From Clostridiales bacterium (lineage in GTDB: Bacteria; Bacillota; Clostridia; Christensenellales; UBA1242): a stretch of 64,000 nt of DNA. Positions 19,335 through 29,254 of this stretch are shown here, piece by piece. The first letter of the stretch is position 1; every line of letters begins with the position of its first letter. The DNA lies in NCBI GenBank assembly GCA_015069395.1, contig SVIR01000005.1, positions 4,788 through 68,787 on the forward strand, written 5' to 3'. The notes under the pieces were generated by a model. The model did no database searches and was not told the DNA's origin. It saw only the letters and a program-made list of their open reading frames with translations. A program made the translations under genes and the position numbers.

Positions 19335-19610
19335 TTGAATATTACGGACATTAGAGTAAGACTTGTTAATGACAACAATGAAAAACTCAAAGCAGTGGTT
19401 TCAATCACAATCGATGACGAACTTGTAGTTCACGATATCAAAGTCATCAATGGCAAAAACGGATATTTCCTTTCAATGCCAAGCAGAAAGACAAACGAAG
19501 GAGAATTCAAAGATATCGTTCACCCAATCAAGACTGAAGTTAGAGATATGCTTAAAGAGAAAATCATTGCTGAATATGAAAAAGCCCTTGCAAATTCAAA
19601 CGAGCAATAA
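19335..19610 (+). CDS. spoVG: septation/sporulation regulator SpoVG
   Basis: ITDIRVRLVNDNNEKLKAVVSITIDDELVVHDIKVINGKNGYFLSMPSRK. TTG start with AAGGAAGG upstream. Confidence 0.92.
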   Translation: MNITDIRVRLVNDNNEKLKAVVSITIDDELVVHDIKVINGKNGYFLSMPSRKTNEGEFKDIVHPIKTEVRDMLKEKIIAEYEKALANSNEQ

Positions 19611-19616
19611 AAAACA

Positions 19617-19643
19617 AAACCACTAATAATAGTGGTTTTTTTA
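19617..19643 (+). terminator. rho-independent terminator after spoVG
   Basis: Stem aaaccact(19617-19624)/agtggttt(19631-19638) followed by a T-run. Confidence 0.8.
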
Positions 19644-19740
19644 TTTAATTTAATATAAAAAACAATCAAAAAATATAAATTAAATATAATTTTATTAAAA
19701 ATTAAAATTTTTATTATTTTTTTAATTTTTTTATTAATTA

Positions 19741-21120
19741 TTACATTAATTTGCTTCCATCTGAAGTTTCAACAACTTTCAAAATATTTTCTTCTATTCC
19801 AGTTTCAGCATTTATATAAATATAATATGTTGCACCATTCTTTTCACACTCAAATTCATAGCACAATACTTCACGGTTGTAATCCAATGGCGTCAAAGTC
19901 TTTCTTTCGTTTTTTATTTCAAAGGATTGATCGATGGATTTTCTGGCATCTTCTACAGAAAGAGAGGCTTTTGGCAAATTTCTTTTTGTATGATTTGTCC
20001 AATATGAAATTGCGTCATATCCTATTACCTCAGCATTTTCCATATCAACTTTTACTTTCACCAAATCAGGATAAAGCACAATACCATTTTGTGTTGGAGC
20101 AATATTGAAATAAGCTTGAGAATTCAACTCCTCGCTCCAAACCACTTCTGCATCTTCAACACCATTTTCTTTTGCAAAATCAAGGGCAATTTTCTTTGCT
20201 TTTGCAAAGTCTATATTTTTCATATCAGACTCTACATTCCCACTCACTGTTATGATATGTCCACCTTTTTTTGAAGCTTGGACATATATTTTTTGATTGT
20301 TCGAATTCATAAGCATAAAGTTGTAAGTGTTAAACCTTCCATTTGTTTGGCCATCATAACTCATATTCATAGTATTTTTAAAAATCGAATCCACTTTTTT
20401 ATAAGCCTCGTCTTTCGATATCTCTTTTCCCGTCAAACCTTTAATTTCTTGGTTTACTATACTATCTGCAAAAGGCCCGTCGTAAATCATTGTAGGGAAA
20501 TCTGCATCGTCTGCTTTTATTTGTGCAAATTCAATTGAAAATTCGTCATAGGCCCCATTGATTCTTGAACTAGACCTCAAAATGCTATAACCATTTATCA
20601 TTTGTTGAGACATTTGATTCATATATTTTTTCATATCTGTCAGACTTTCGTGCATTTCATTTAAAGTTGCATAATCTCTTTCGCTCAAAGTTCCACCTTC
20701 AGCAAGCTTTTCTTCCAAAACTTGAGTATACCCCGACATTTGATTGATAAATCTTACAGATTGCATAATATTTTCGCCACTAAGAGGCAAGGCCGCTATA
20801 TTGTTTTGCATTTCTTTCGCCGATTGAGAAAGCTCTGTCAACATTTTGGCAATATACTTGTCGCTATCTGCAACCAAAAGTTTGCTTATTTTCATATCTG
20901 CACCATTTATATTGTCAACGAGCTCATAATAATTTTTTTTATAAATATTTTCTAATTGCAAAGAATATTGGCTCGCTTGCGAATTTGCCATTCCATAAGC
21001 AATGCCTAGACCCAATGTCGAAGCCCCCAAAATACTAGTAGCTATGGTCAGACCTATTACTGCCCCTTTGTATGATTTTTTGGTTTCTCGTTTTTGTTGT
21101 TTGTTTTCTTCTTTTTTCAT
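19741..21120 (-). CDS. ypeB: germination protein YpeB
   Basis: 459 aa with an N-terminal TM helix. LQLENIYKKNYYELVDNI region, PepSY-like C-terminal repeats, immediately downstream of sleB. Confidence 0.75.
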   Translation of the reverse strand: MKKEENKQQKRETKKSYKGAVIGLTIATSILGASTLGLGIAYGMANSQASQYSLQLENIYKKNYYELVDNINGADMKISKLLVADSDKYIAKMLTELSQSAKEMQNNIAALPLSGENIMQSVRFINQMSGYTQVLEEKLAEGGTLSERDYATLNEMHESLTDMKKYMNQMSQQMINGYSILRSSSRINGAYDEFSIEFAQIKADDADFPTMIYDGPFADSIVNQEIKGLTGKEISKDEAYKKVDSIFKNTMNMSYDGQTNGRFNTYNFMLMNSNNQKIYVQASKKGGHIITVSGNVESDMKNIDFAKAKKIALDFAKENGVEDAEVVWSEELNSQAYFNIAPTQNGIVLYPDLVKVKVDMENAEVIGYDAISYWTNHTKRNLPKASLSVEDARKSIDQSFEIKNERKTLTPLDYNREVLCYEFECEKNGATYYIYINAETGIEENILKVVETSDGSKLM

Positions 21121-21128
21121 AACCCCTC

Positions 21129-21806
21129 CTAGATGGCAAACACGTGATTACCAATTACTACATTTGTTTTCTTGTTGTAAATCCATTTGTTTGTTGCAGT
21201 CTTTGCGTTGTAATAATATAAACTGCCATATGTAGGATCCCAACCATTTAAAGCATCTCTTGCAGCATTGTAAGCCGTTTGGTTTGGCTCAAGATTGATT
21301 TGTCCGTCATTTACTGCTGTAAATGCCCAAGGTTGGTAAATCACCCCTGCAATAGTATTTGGAAAATCTGGACTTTCTACTCTATTCAATATCACAGCAG
21401 CAACTGCAACTTGTCCAGTATAACTTTCCCCTCTAGCTTCAGCATAGACACATTTTGCCAATAAATAAAGATCATTGTTGCTTACAGAGCTGTCGTCTGA
21501 AGAAATCGACATTCCAAGCGCTCTAGCAGTTTGAGGCCCAACAATTCCATCTACCGACAACCCATTTTTGCTTTGAAAATATCTTACTGCCTTTCTCGTG
21601 AGATTTCCATAAATTCCATCGACCGTTCCCGTGTAGTATCCCCATCTTTTAAGTTTTGTTTGAACAGTTCTTGTTTGGTTTGTGGTTAAAGCTGCCTCTA
21701 CAACACTAGTAGGGGCCATATATGTAGAGCCGATTATGATTGAAGAGCCCAATCCTATGAAAGCAAATACCACGGCAAAAGTAATCGCCAACAATCTTTT
21801 TTTCAT
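21129..21806 (-). CDS. sleB: spore cortex-lytic enzyme SleB
   Basis: Signal peptide. PG-binding repeat VQTKLKRWGYYTGTVDGIYGNLTRKAVRYFQ. Hydrolase_2 core YAEARGESYTGQVAVAAVILNRV...QPWAFTAV. Confidence 0.88.
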   Translation of the reverse strand: MKKRLLAITFAVVFAFIGLGSSIIIGSTYMAPTSVVEAALTTNQTRTVQTKLKRWGYYTGTVDGIYGNLTRKAVRYFQSKNGLSVDGIVGPQTARALGMSISSDDSSVSNNDLYLLAKCVYAEARGESYTGQVAVAAVILNRVESPDFPNTIAGVIYQPWAFTAVNDGQINLEPNQTAYNAARDALNGWDPTYGSLYYYNAKTATNKWIYNKKTNVVIGNHVFAI

Positions 21807-21824
21807 AAATTTTCCTCCGTTTGT

Positions 21825-22340
21825 TTATGTTACACTATTTATAATTTCCCAAATTTTTGAAATATAAACCAAATTTTCAGGATTTTTTGAAGAAATAAAA
21901 CAAACTGCAGGAAAAACAACACACCACCAATTGTCACCTTGCGCTTCACCCAACTCTATGGACAATGTTTCATACAAACCCTTTTCTAAAGTTATTGAAT
22001 CATAAACCCTTGTAGGAATCTCTTCATTTTTAAGAGATATCTTACACCCATAGTTGACTCCTTGCGACAATAATGCTGAGCCAACAATATCTTCAATATT
22101 TTGTATTTGAGAAATAATAATCTCTTTTGCTTGAATCTCATTTTCAGCCTTAGACAAAAATGGAATAAGATATTCTACTACTGCATCTTTAACTAAATAT
22201 TTTAAATTTTGGTCGATTTCTGAATCAGAATTGGCAGTTATATGAATTCTAATAAAATCTTGACTTTCCTCTTTTTTATTAAAAAAAAATATTCCAAAAA
22301 CAATAATTACGACACCTAAAAATGAAAAAATATATTTCAT
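21825..22340 (-). CDS. spoIIR: stage II sporulation protein R
   Basis: IRIHITANSDSEIDQNLKYLVKDAV and GDNWWCVVFP, both typical SpoIIR motifs. Confidence 0.85.
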   Translation of the reverse strand: MKYIFSFLGVVIIVFGIFFFNKKEESQDFIRIHITANSDSEIDQNLKYLVKDAVVEYLIPFLSKAENEIQAKEIIISQIQNIEDIVGSALLSQGVNYGCKISLKNEEIPTRVYDSITLEKGLYETLSIELGEAQGDNWWCVVFPAVCFISSKNPENLVYISKIWEIINSVT

Positions 22341-22377
22341 AAAAACCTCTTTACAAAGAAATAATTGTCCAAAAACA

Positions 22378-22410
22378 ATAAAAAAATCGCAAAAAAATTG
22401 CGATTTTTTG
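22378..22410 (-). terminator. rho-independent terminator after the DUF3794/LysM gene
   Basis: Stem aatcgcaa(22385-22392)/ttgcgatt(22398-22405), flanked by A- and T-runs. Confidence 0.75.
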
Positions 22411-22434
22411 TGTTTTTATTTGAATTTAGTGGTT

Positions 22435-23952
22435 TTAACTCTGTTTTTGATAAAAAACAATAATATTTTCGTCTGCTTCCAATGGAAAAGAAAGTTCTGG
22501 GTTTTGCAACAAAATAGTTGTTTCTTTTACTTTCATATTTTTAGCAATATCCCAAGCAGTATCTCCTTGTGAAGCAAAAACCAATTCAATTGCACATTCT
22601 CTTTCCGGAATCTCAGTAGAGATGCCTATATGTGAAATTATTGCATCCATACAATCACAGTCAAATTCTGCTTTAACCTTCAATTTTGCATCAAAATAAA
22701 ACTCTCTTCCTTTTTTTACTACAACATCAACGTCTTCTAAAACAATATCAACCGAAACATTTGTGCTGTTGCAAGCATTTTTTATTTTTTCATTAATTAC
22801 GAATGGCACCTCTACAATTGCAGTTTGTAAAGAACTCGTCTCGTCATTAAGATAAACGACGTTTGTCTTTACAACCCCCTCAACTGACAACTCTTCGTTT
22901 TTGACATAAGAGTTGGAAACAAAAAAGTTTGATCCTCCGATAAACATTATTTTGTCAACTCTAGGCCTACTTTCGTCTATGCTAAGCATACCATCAATCT
23001 TTGTTTCAAAAAATTCTGTTTTGCTACAATTTGTCATTTCAAAAGATTCTGTTGATACTTCCAATTCATTGCAAATGCTATACACATCTTTAATTATCAA
23101 TTCTTTCTTCTCTGCAAATGCCATAACTTGCAAAACAACAGGCACCTCAAACTTAATTGTTGCCCCTTTATCGTCTTGGGTCATTTCGTTTTTTATCGAA
23201 ATCTTCTTTACACAAGCTTGAACTTCTACAACACCATTTTCATTCAATCCTTGCAATGAAATTTCTTCCTTAAAAGGCTCTATCAAATATGAAGTGTCAT
23301 ATCTGTCTTTTTCAGTAAGATATAATATTCTTGTAACAACGTCGCCAGCCACAGAAACATAATTTTCTGAACTTTCCACATTTTTTACACTTACTTGACT
23401 ATCAAAACATAAAAGTTTTTTAATCGGTTCTTTTATAGTCCCTTCACTCTCAACTACAAAAGAGTGTTTTTCTTCTCCTACCAAACAGTTGAGAGATATC
23501 TCGTCTTCAAGCAAACAAATGTTTTCGTCTGCAGTTGTAACTGTTTCTACTTCACGGTTACAAATCAATGTGCTTGATTGAACACACATACAATTGATTT
23601 TAATACTACTGCCTGAAACACTTTCAAGTGAAAAATCTTCTACCTCAACTTTAATAAAGGCTTTATCCCCCAAAGCAATACTTGACTCTTCAAATTTTGA
23701 AGAGAAAGGACAAGCAATATTTGTAGACCCAATTTCTCCATCAATGGTTGCAAAAATAATAGTCAAAGAAATTTCTCCACTATAATTTATGCTCCCATCT
23801 AAAATCTCAACCGTTTCTACCTGTGCAGAACAGCAAACCGATAAGACTTTTTCAACTTCTACCTCATTTGTAATATTACACTCTACATTAAAAGAGCTTT
23901 TTTCCAAACTTTTTTTCTTTACCACACTCAATTTTTTAGTTTCAAAAGACAT
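22435..23952 (-). CDS. DUF3794 (SPOCS) repeat protein with a C-terminal LysM-like segment
   Basis: 505 aa of repeated beta-rich modules (VEKVLSVCCSAQVETVEILDGSINYSGEISLTIIF). C-terminus GDTAWDIAKNMKV is LysM-like. Family assigned from memory. Confidence 0.6.
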   Translation of the reverse strand: MSFETKKLSVVKKKSLEKSSFNVECNITNEVEVEKVLSVCCSAQVETVEILDGSINYSGEISLTIIFATIDGEIGSTNIACPFSSKFEESSIALGDKAFIKVEVEDFSLESVSGSSIKINCMCVQSSTLICNREVETVTTADENICLLEDEISLNCLVGEEKHSFVVESEGTIKEPIKKLLCFDSQVSVKNVESSENYVSVAGDVVTRILYLTEKDRYDTSYLIEPFKEEISLQGLNENGVVEVQACVKKISIKNEMTQDDKGATIKFEVPVVLQVMAFAEKKELIIKDVYSICNELEVSTESFEMTNCSKTEFFETKIDGMLSIDESRPRVDKIMFIGGSNFFVSNSYVKNEELSVEGVVKTNVVYLNDETSSLQTAIVEVPFVINEKIKNACNSTNVSVDIVLEDVDVVVKKGREFYFDAKLKVKAEFDCDCMDAIISHIGISTEIPERECAIELVFASQGDTAWDIAKNMKVKETTILLQNPELSFPLEADENIIVFYQKQS

Positions 23953-24062
23953 AACCCCTCCAAATCAAAAACTATTATAATTTACTGGCTAAGAACAGAG
24001 ATTAGAACAAAAATCTGAATAAAGTTTTGCAAATTGTCAAAAATCTGCTAAAAGGAGCTTTT

Positions 24063-24296
24063 ATGAGAAAAATAGTTTATGGTCTTGACGAAGTCAAATT
24101 AAAAATTTCAAATATGAAAGGTCAAGATGTAAAAATGAAGATTAATAGAGGAAGAAAAAAGATCGAATTTCTTACTGCTACAATTAAAGATGTTTATCCT
24201 AGCGTGTTTACAATAAAAACTCAGGACGAAAAACTACAAACTTTTTCTTATTTTGATGTTATGTGTGGAAATATCGTGTTAAATGAACAAAATTAG
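24063..24296 (+). CDS. veg: Veg family protein
   Basis: LDEVKLKISNMKGQDVKMKINRGRKKIEFLTATIKDVYPSVFTIK. ATG at 24063 follows AAAGGAG. The track start 24027 adds an unsupported extension. Confidence 0.85.
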   Translation: MRKIVYGLDEVKLKISNMKGQDVKMKINRGRKKIEFLTATIKDVYPSVFTIKTQDEKLQTFSYFDVMCGNIVLNEQN

Positions 24297-24416
24297 TATT
24301 TATAGCACTTAATATACAAATTAAACTATTAAAATATTATATTAATATGTTATTCTTTCTCCTCCTCCAAAATTTGCGCCAAAACTTTGTTTTGTTTGAA
24401 AAATATTTTTTGTACA

Positions 24417-24445
24417 TTGACAAAGCACTTTGTTTGTGGTATACT
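24417..24445 (+). promoter_or_regulatory. near-consensus sigmaA promoter with extended -10
   Basis: TTGACA(24417-24422), 17-nt spacer, TGgTATACT (TG at 24437-24438, -10 at 24440-24445). Confidence 0.7.
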
Positions 24446-24474
24446 TTTTTTATAAGATTGAAGGAGGAAGTTTT

Positions 24475-25017
24475 ATGTTGGTTGCAAGAAATTTCCAAGA
24501 CAGAAGCGTTATTGAAAGCTTAACAGATGGCGAACTTGATGCGCTTGATACCTTGGACAAAGAAGGACAAAAGCAGAATCGAGACACTTATGTTTGTTTG
24601 ATAAATGACAATTTTGATAATAGAGGCCGCAGATTATTTGTTGTTGTCCCTGCGAAAAAGGATAACATATTATACTATGAAGCATATTTGTTAGATTCTT
24701 GGGACAGCCCACCAAAACCACACAAATGTATAAATTCTGATTTTAAAACATTGAGTGCTGCACTTCAAATGGCGGACGCGTTATATGGTGCAACAGATCT
24801 TGTTGACGAAGCTAGCAGAGAATATAAAACTAGAATGGCAATTCAAAAACAAGAAAATGAGGTTTCTAAAGCGAAACAACCAGAAATTAACCCAATAGAA
24901 GAGCTGGATATCCCAAAAGAAAGTTTCAACGAAATATATCGTAACCTTGACGAAGTTATTGGCGATATAAAAACTCTTTCTCAAGAGCTAAATAAAGAAC
25001 CAGAAAAAACAAAGTAA
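24475..25017 (+). CDS. hypothetical acidic protein (no recognised domain)
   Basis: ATG at 24475 preceded by GAAGGAGGAAG. 180 aa, with a charged C-terminal tail. Confidence 0.6.
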   Translation: MLVARNFQDRSVIESLTDGELDALDTLDKEGQKQNRDTYVCLINDNFDNRGRRLFVVVPAKKDNILYYEAYLLDSWDSPPKPHKCINSDFKTLSAALQMADALYGATDLVDEASREYKTRMAIQKQENEVSKAKQPEINPIEELDIPKESFNEIYRNLDEVIGDIKTLSQELNKEPEKTK

Positions 25018-25042
25018 GATAAATATAAACAGGAGAAAAATT

Positions 25043-25576
25043 ATGATTACATTAGAAGACGTACAAAAAATTCAAAACAATGCCAAGAGATTTAAATATG
25101 TTGATCTTGGAGGCAAACAAACATTGGTTTATGCTGAACCATACAACGGAAAAATTGAAGGGGAAATAGTTGCTGACCCAAGAACCAAAAGAGTTGCGGC
25201 TTTAAGCATCTTGCTTAATACAGCTTGTACTATAAAAGCATTTGATTCAGAAGAGGCCACTCAAGCTTACACAAGAACAACTCTCGAGCAAATGGTTCCT
25301 TTTTTCAATGATTTTGAAGAACTGATTAAAAAGAGTTATTCTAGAGGCCATTTTGACAAATTTGTTGAATTGGAAGCTGGAGAAGTTGAAGCCTTGTTGG
25401 AAGCACACGAGGAAGACACTAAAAACTTTTATAATGTAGTTGACGAAATTTTGGTTAGAGAACAAAGCCTACAAATAATAGCAGAACACGCTCTTGATAT
25501 GGATCTTACCGGAGTTAAATCACATCATGTTGTCAACCCTCCTCTTGTAGAGCCAACTGTTTTAACTCATGATTAA
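25043..25576 (+). CDS. hypothetical acidic protein (no recognised domain)
   Basis: ATG preceded by ACAGGAGAA. 177 aa, co-oriented with and 25 nt after the previous ORF. Confidence 0.6.
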   Translation: MITLEDVQKIQNNAKRFKYVDLGGKQTLVYAEPYNGKIEGEIVADPRTKRVAALSILLNTACTIKAFDSEEATQAYTRTTLEQMVPFFNDFEELIKKSYSRGHFDKFVELEAGEVEALLEAHEEDTKNFYNVVDEILVREQSLQIIAEHALDMDLTGVKSHHVVNPPLVEPTVLTHD

Positions 25577-25579
25577 AAA

Positions 25580-25606
25580 AAGCACCTTTTGATGGTGTTT
25601 TTTTTA
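25580..25606 (+). terminator. terminator after the orphan operon
   Basis: Stem aagcacc/ggtgttt (with one G-U pair) followed by a T-run. Confidence 0.55.
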
Positions 25607-25642
25607 CAGCAAAGAATAAACATTTAATATTTTTAACATCAT

Positions 25643-25675
25643 AAAAAAACATCTCGATTTGAGATGTCTTTTTTA
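25643..25675 (-). terminator. rho-independent terminator after ppdK
   Basis: Perfect 7-bp stem acatctc(25649-25655)/gagatgt(25661-25667) between an A-run and a T-run. Confidence 0.8.
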
Positions 25676-25687
25676 TGATTATAGAGA

Positions 25688-28318
25688 TTATTTTCTCTTT
25701 CTTGGATATTTGATTGCAGCTTGAGCAGCAGCAAGTCTTGCAATTGGCACTCTATATGGTGAGCAAGATACATAGTTGAGTCCAACTCTATGACAGAACT
25801 CAACTGAAGATGGATCTCCACCGTGTTCTCCACAGATTCCAAGTTTGATGTCAGGTCTTGTGCTTCTTCCAAGTTCTGTAGCAATTCTAACGAGTTTACC
25901 AACACCATTTTGATCAAGTCTAGCAAATGGGTCGCTTTCAAATACTTTCTTAGAATAGTATTCGTCAAGGAACTTACCAGCATCGTCACGAGAGAACCCA
26001 TATGTCATTTGTGTCAAGTCGTTTGTACCAAATGAGAAGAATTCTGCGTACTTAGCGATTTGATCAGCTGTGATTGCAGCTCTAGGAATTTCAATCATTG
26101 TTCCAACTTTGTATTTCATTTCAGTTTTGTTTTCAGCCAAAACTCTGTCAGCTGTAGCTGTAACAATATCTTTAACATACTTAAATTCTACACTGTCACA
26201 AGTAAGAGGAATCATAATTTCAGGAATTACATCAAATCCTTCTTCTTTCTTAACTTCGATTGCAGCTTTCATAACTGCTTCTGTTTGCATTTCTGCAATT
26301 TCAGGATAAGTTACTGCAAGTCTAAGTCCACGGTGTCCCATCATTGGGTTGAATTCGTGCAAGCTATCAACTGTAGCTTTAAGTTCTTCAAATGTCAATT
26401 TCAAATCCTTTGCAAGAGCTTTGATTTCTTCATCTTCATGTGGCAAGAATTCGTGAAGAGGTGGATCCAAGAAACGAATTGTAACTGGACGGCCTTTCAT
26501 TGCTTTGAAGATACCCTTGAAATCTTTTTGTTGCATTGGCAACAATTTGCTAAGAGCTTTCTTTCTATCTTCTGTGTTTGTAGCAACGATCATTTTTCTA
26601 ACTTCTGGGATTCTATCTGCTTCAAAGAACATATGTTCAGTTCTGCAAAGACCAACACCTTCTGCTCCAAATGAGAATGCAACTGCAGTATCTCTTGGAT
26701 TGTCTGCATTTGTTCTGATTTGAAGAGCTCTATATTTGTCAGCCCATTCCATAATTGTAGCAAATTCACCAGAAATCTTAGCTTCTACTGTTTCAATAGC
26801 GCCATCATAGATTTTTCCTGTTGAACCATCGAAAGAGATAACGTCTCCTTCTTTATATGTTTTTCCACCAAGAGTGAAAGATTTTCCATCGTCTGCAAAT
26901 TTGATTGATGAGCATCCTGCTACACAGCAAGTACCCATACCACGAGCAACAACTGCTGCGTGAGAAGTCATACCACCTCTAGCTGTCAATACACCTTGAG
27001 ATGCAGCCATACCTTCAATGTCTTCTGGAGATGTTTCGAGTCTTACAAGAACAACTTTGCCATTTTTAGCCTCTTCTTTTGCCTTCTCTGCAGTAAAGCA
27101 AATCTTTCCACTTGCAGCACCAGGAGATGCTGGAAGAGCTTCACCAATAACTGTTGCTTTTTTGATTGCAGCATCGTCAAATGTTGGGTGCAACAAAGCA
27201 TCAAGTTGTTTTGGATCAATCATTGAAAGAGCTGTTTTTTCGTCGATCATTCCTTCTTTAACAAGGTCTACAGCGATTTTGAGAGCAGCTTTTGCAGTTC
27301 TCTTTCCGTTTCTTGTTTGAAGCATATAGAGTTTGCCTTTTTCAATAGTAAATTCCATATCTTGCATATCTTTATAGTGTCTTTCAAGTTTTTGAGAAAT
27401 AGCAACAAATTGTGCATAAACTTCTGCGTTTTGTTTTTCAAGTTGAGCAATTGGTTGTGGAGTTCTAATACCAGCAACAACGTCTTCACCTTGAGCATTC
27501 ATCAAATATTCTCCATAGAGAGCATTGTCTCCAGTAGATGGGTTTCTTGTGAAAGCAACACCGGTACCACTGTCGTCTCCCATATTTCCGAATACCATTG
27601 ATTGAACATTTACTGCAGTACCCCAGTTGTATGGAATATCATGCATTCTTCTATAAACGTTTGCTCTTTCGTTGTCCCAAGAACGGAATACAGCCTTAAC
27701 AGCTTCGATAAGTTGTGTTTTAGGTTCTTGTGGGAACTCAACCTTTTGAGATTCTTTATACAATTTTTTGAACAATTCAACAATTTCTTTCAAATCGTCA
27801 GCAGTGAGGTCTTTGTCAAACTTAACACCTTTCTTTTCTTTGATTTCGTCCAAAATTCTTTCATATTTTGACTTATCTTGTTGCATTACTACATCACTGA
27901 ACATTTGAATAAAACGACGATAAGAGTCATAGGCAAATCTTTCATTGTTTGTCAAGCTTGCAAGACCTTTTACAACTTCGTCATTCAAACCAAGGTTCAA
28001 AATAGTGTCCATCATACCAGGCATAGAAACTCTAGCTCCAGAACGAACTGAAACAAGCAATGGATTTGTTGGATCTCCAAACTTCTTGCCAGTAATCTTT
28101 TCGATTTGAGCAAGTTTAGTTTCGATTTGAGCGATGATTTGATCATTGATCATCTTTCCATCCTCATAATATTTTGTGCAGGCTTCTGTTGTGATAGTAA
28201 AGCCTTGTGGAACAGGCAAGCCAATTCTTGTCATTTCAGCAAGGTTTGCACCCTTACCACCAAAAAGAGCCTTGTTCTTTCCATCTGATTCTTTAAACAA
28301 GTAAACATATTTTTTCAT
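25688..28318 (-). CDS. ppdK: pyruvate, phosphate dikinase
   Basis: 876 aa. GGKGANLAEMTRIGLPVPQGFTITTEAC; phospho-His loop GGMTSHAAVVARGMG; C-terminal FFSFGTNDLTQ. Confidence 0.95.
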   Translation of the reverse strand: MKKYVYLFKESDGKNKALFGGKGANLAEMTRIGLPVPQGFTITTEACTKYYEDGKMINDQIIAQIETKLAQIEKITGKKFGDPTNPLLVSVRSGARVSMPGMMDTILNLGLNDEVVKGLASLTNNERFAYDSYRRFIQMFSDVVMQQDKSKYERILDEIKEKKGVKFDKDLTADDLKEIVELFKKLYKESQKVEFPQEPKTQLIEAVKAVFRSWDNERANVYRRMHDIPYNWGTAVNVQSMVFGNMGDDSGTGVAFTRNPSTGDNALYGEYLMNAQGEDVVAGIRTPQPIAQLEKQNAEVYAQFVAISQKLERHYKDMQDMEFTIEKGKLYMLQTRNGKRTAKAALKIAVDLVKEGMIDEKTALSMIDPKQLDALLHPTFDDAAIKKATVIGEALPASPGAASGKICFTAEKAKEEAKNGKVVLVRLETSPEDIEGMAASQGVLTARGGMTSHAAVVARGMGTCCVAGCSSIKFADDGKSFTLGGKTYKEGDVISFDGSTGKIYDGAIETVEAKISGEFATIMEWADKYRALQIRTNADNPRDTAVAFSFGAEGVGLCRTEHMFFEADRIPEVRKMIVATNTEDRKKALSKLLPMQQKDFKGIFKAMKGRPVTIRFLDPPLHEFLPHEDEEIKALAKDLKLTFEELKATVDSLHEFNPMMGHRGLRLAVTYPEIAEMQTEAVMKAAIEVKKEEGFDVIPEIMIPLTCDSVEFKYVKDIVTATADRVLAENKTEMKYKVGTMIEIPRAAITADQIAKYAEFFSFGTNDLTQMTYGFSRDDAGKFLDEYYSKKVFESDPFARLDQNGVGKLVRIATELGRSTRPDIKLGICGEHGGDPSSVEFCHRVGLNYVSCSPYRVPIARLAAAQAAIKYPRKRK

Positions 28319-28348
28319 TTTTTAACATCTCCTTTTTGTTACGATTAA

Positions 28349-28378
28349 ATTATACCAAATATTGAGTAATAAAGGCAA
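28349..28378 (-). promoter_or_regulatory. candidate ppdK promoter
   Basis: Minus strand TTGCCT(28378-28373), 18-nt spacer, TGgTATAAT (-10 at 28354-28349). AAAAAGGAG SD before the ATG. Confidence 0.4.
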
Positions 28379-28538
28379 ATAATTTGCAGTATTTTTTCAA
28401 ATTTTCAGCAGATTTTAACAATTTTTTAGGTCGTTTGTCAGAATGTGTTTATATGCCACGTTTCCTATTAGGCATCACAAGCTCTCATTTTAAAGTTTCC
28501 CGTTTCTGCTTTGACATCTATGTCTAGATACATTTTTT

Positions 28539-29117
28539 TTATAGCAAACTGTCGATATATTCCAACATCCTTTCTCGGCCATAACCATTCTCAGAAGAAT
28601 ATCCCAAAACGAGTTCTTTTCTTACACCAAGTTCTTTCGCTATCATATTGCAAGCTTGAGAAATTTTGGATTTCGCAATTTTGTCAACTTTTGTCGCTAC
28701 AACAATGTATGGGATTTGATAAGAATTCAAAAATTCCAACATCATTTTATCCAGATCGCTAGGTGTATGTCTGCAATCTATCAAGACAAACACAGTTTTC
28801 AGATTTGGTGATTGCACCAAATATTGTTCCATAAGCCCAGCCCAATTTGCGATATGTTTATGACCCGTCTTTGCATATCCATAACCTGGCAAGTCTACAA
28901 TTCGAAAAAGATCATTGATAAAAAAATAATTGATCATTTTTGTCAATCCCGGAGTAGAAGATGTTTTTGCCAAGTTTTTTTGTCCTGTCAAATTGTTTAT
29001 CAAAGACGACTTTCCAACATTGCTTCTGCCAACAAATGCAAATTCCACTACATCGTCCTTTAAAATATTTTTTGAATCAACAACACTTGTTATATATTTC
29101 GCACTTTTAATATTCAT
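28539..29117 (-). CDS. engB: ribosome biogenesis GTP-binding protein YsxC/EngB
   Basis: FVGRSNVGKSSLIN G1 motif, DLPGYGYA G3 motif, ATKVDK G4 motif. Confidence 0.9.
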   Translation of the reverse strand: MNIKSAKYITSVVDSKNILKDDVVEFAFVGRSNVGKSSLINNLTGQKNLAKTSSTPGLTKMINYFFINDLFRIVDLPGYGYAKTGHKHIANWAGLMEQYLVQSPNLKTVFVLIDCRHTPSDLDKMMLEFLNSYQIPYIVVATKVDKIAKSKISQACNMIAKELGVRKELVLGYSSENGYGRERMLEYIDSLL

Positions 29118-29254
29118 AAGAATATTATATCATATGAAAAATTAAAAAGTCAAAATAAATATCTACTTAAAACAATCGACAAAATATTTAAAATTTTTTA
29201 ACTATTTTGCTTTACTTGCATCCTTGTAAAGTTTATAATTTAGACGGGGTATCA

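Noticed and set aside
19640-19740. Extremely AT-rich 100-bp spacer with ttaaa/aattt iterations between spoVG and ypeB
   Set aside because: This is a convergent-gene spacer. I found no consistent repeat unit, hairpin or ORF, so it is likely just low-complexity intergenic DNA.
26060-26674. 204-aa plus-strand ORF, plus several 70-100-aa ORFs between 25823 and 28288, antisense to ppdK
   Set aside because: They lie entirely inside the very well supported ppdK reading frame on the opposite strand. The translations are Cys/Phe/Ser-rich low-complexity sequence typical of antisense frames in AT-rich genes, and they have no SD.
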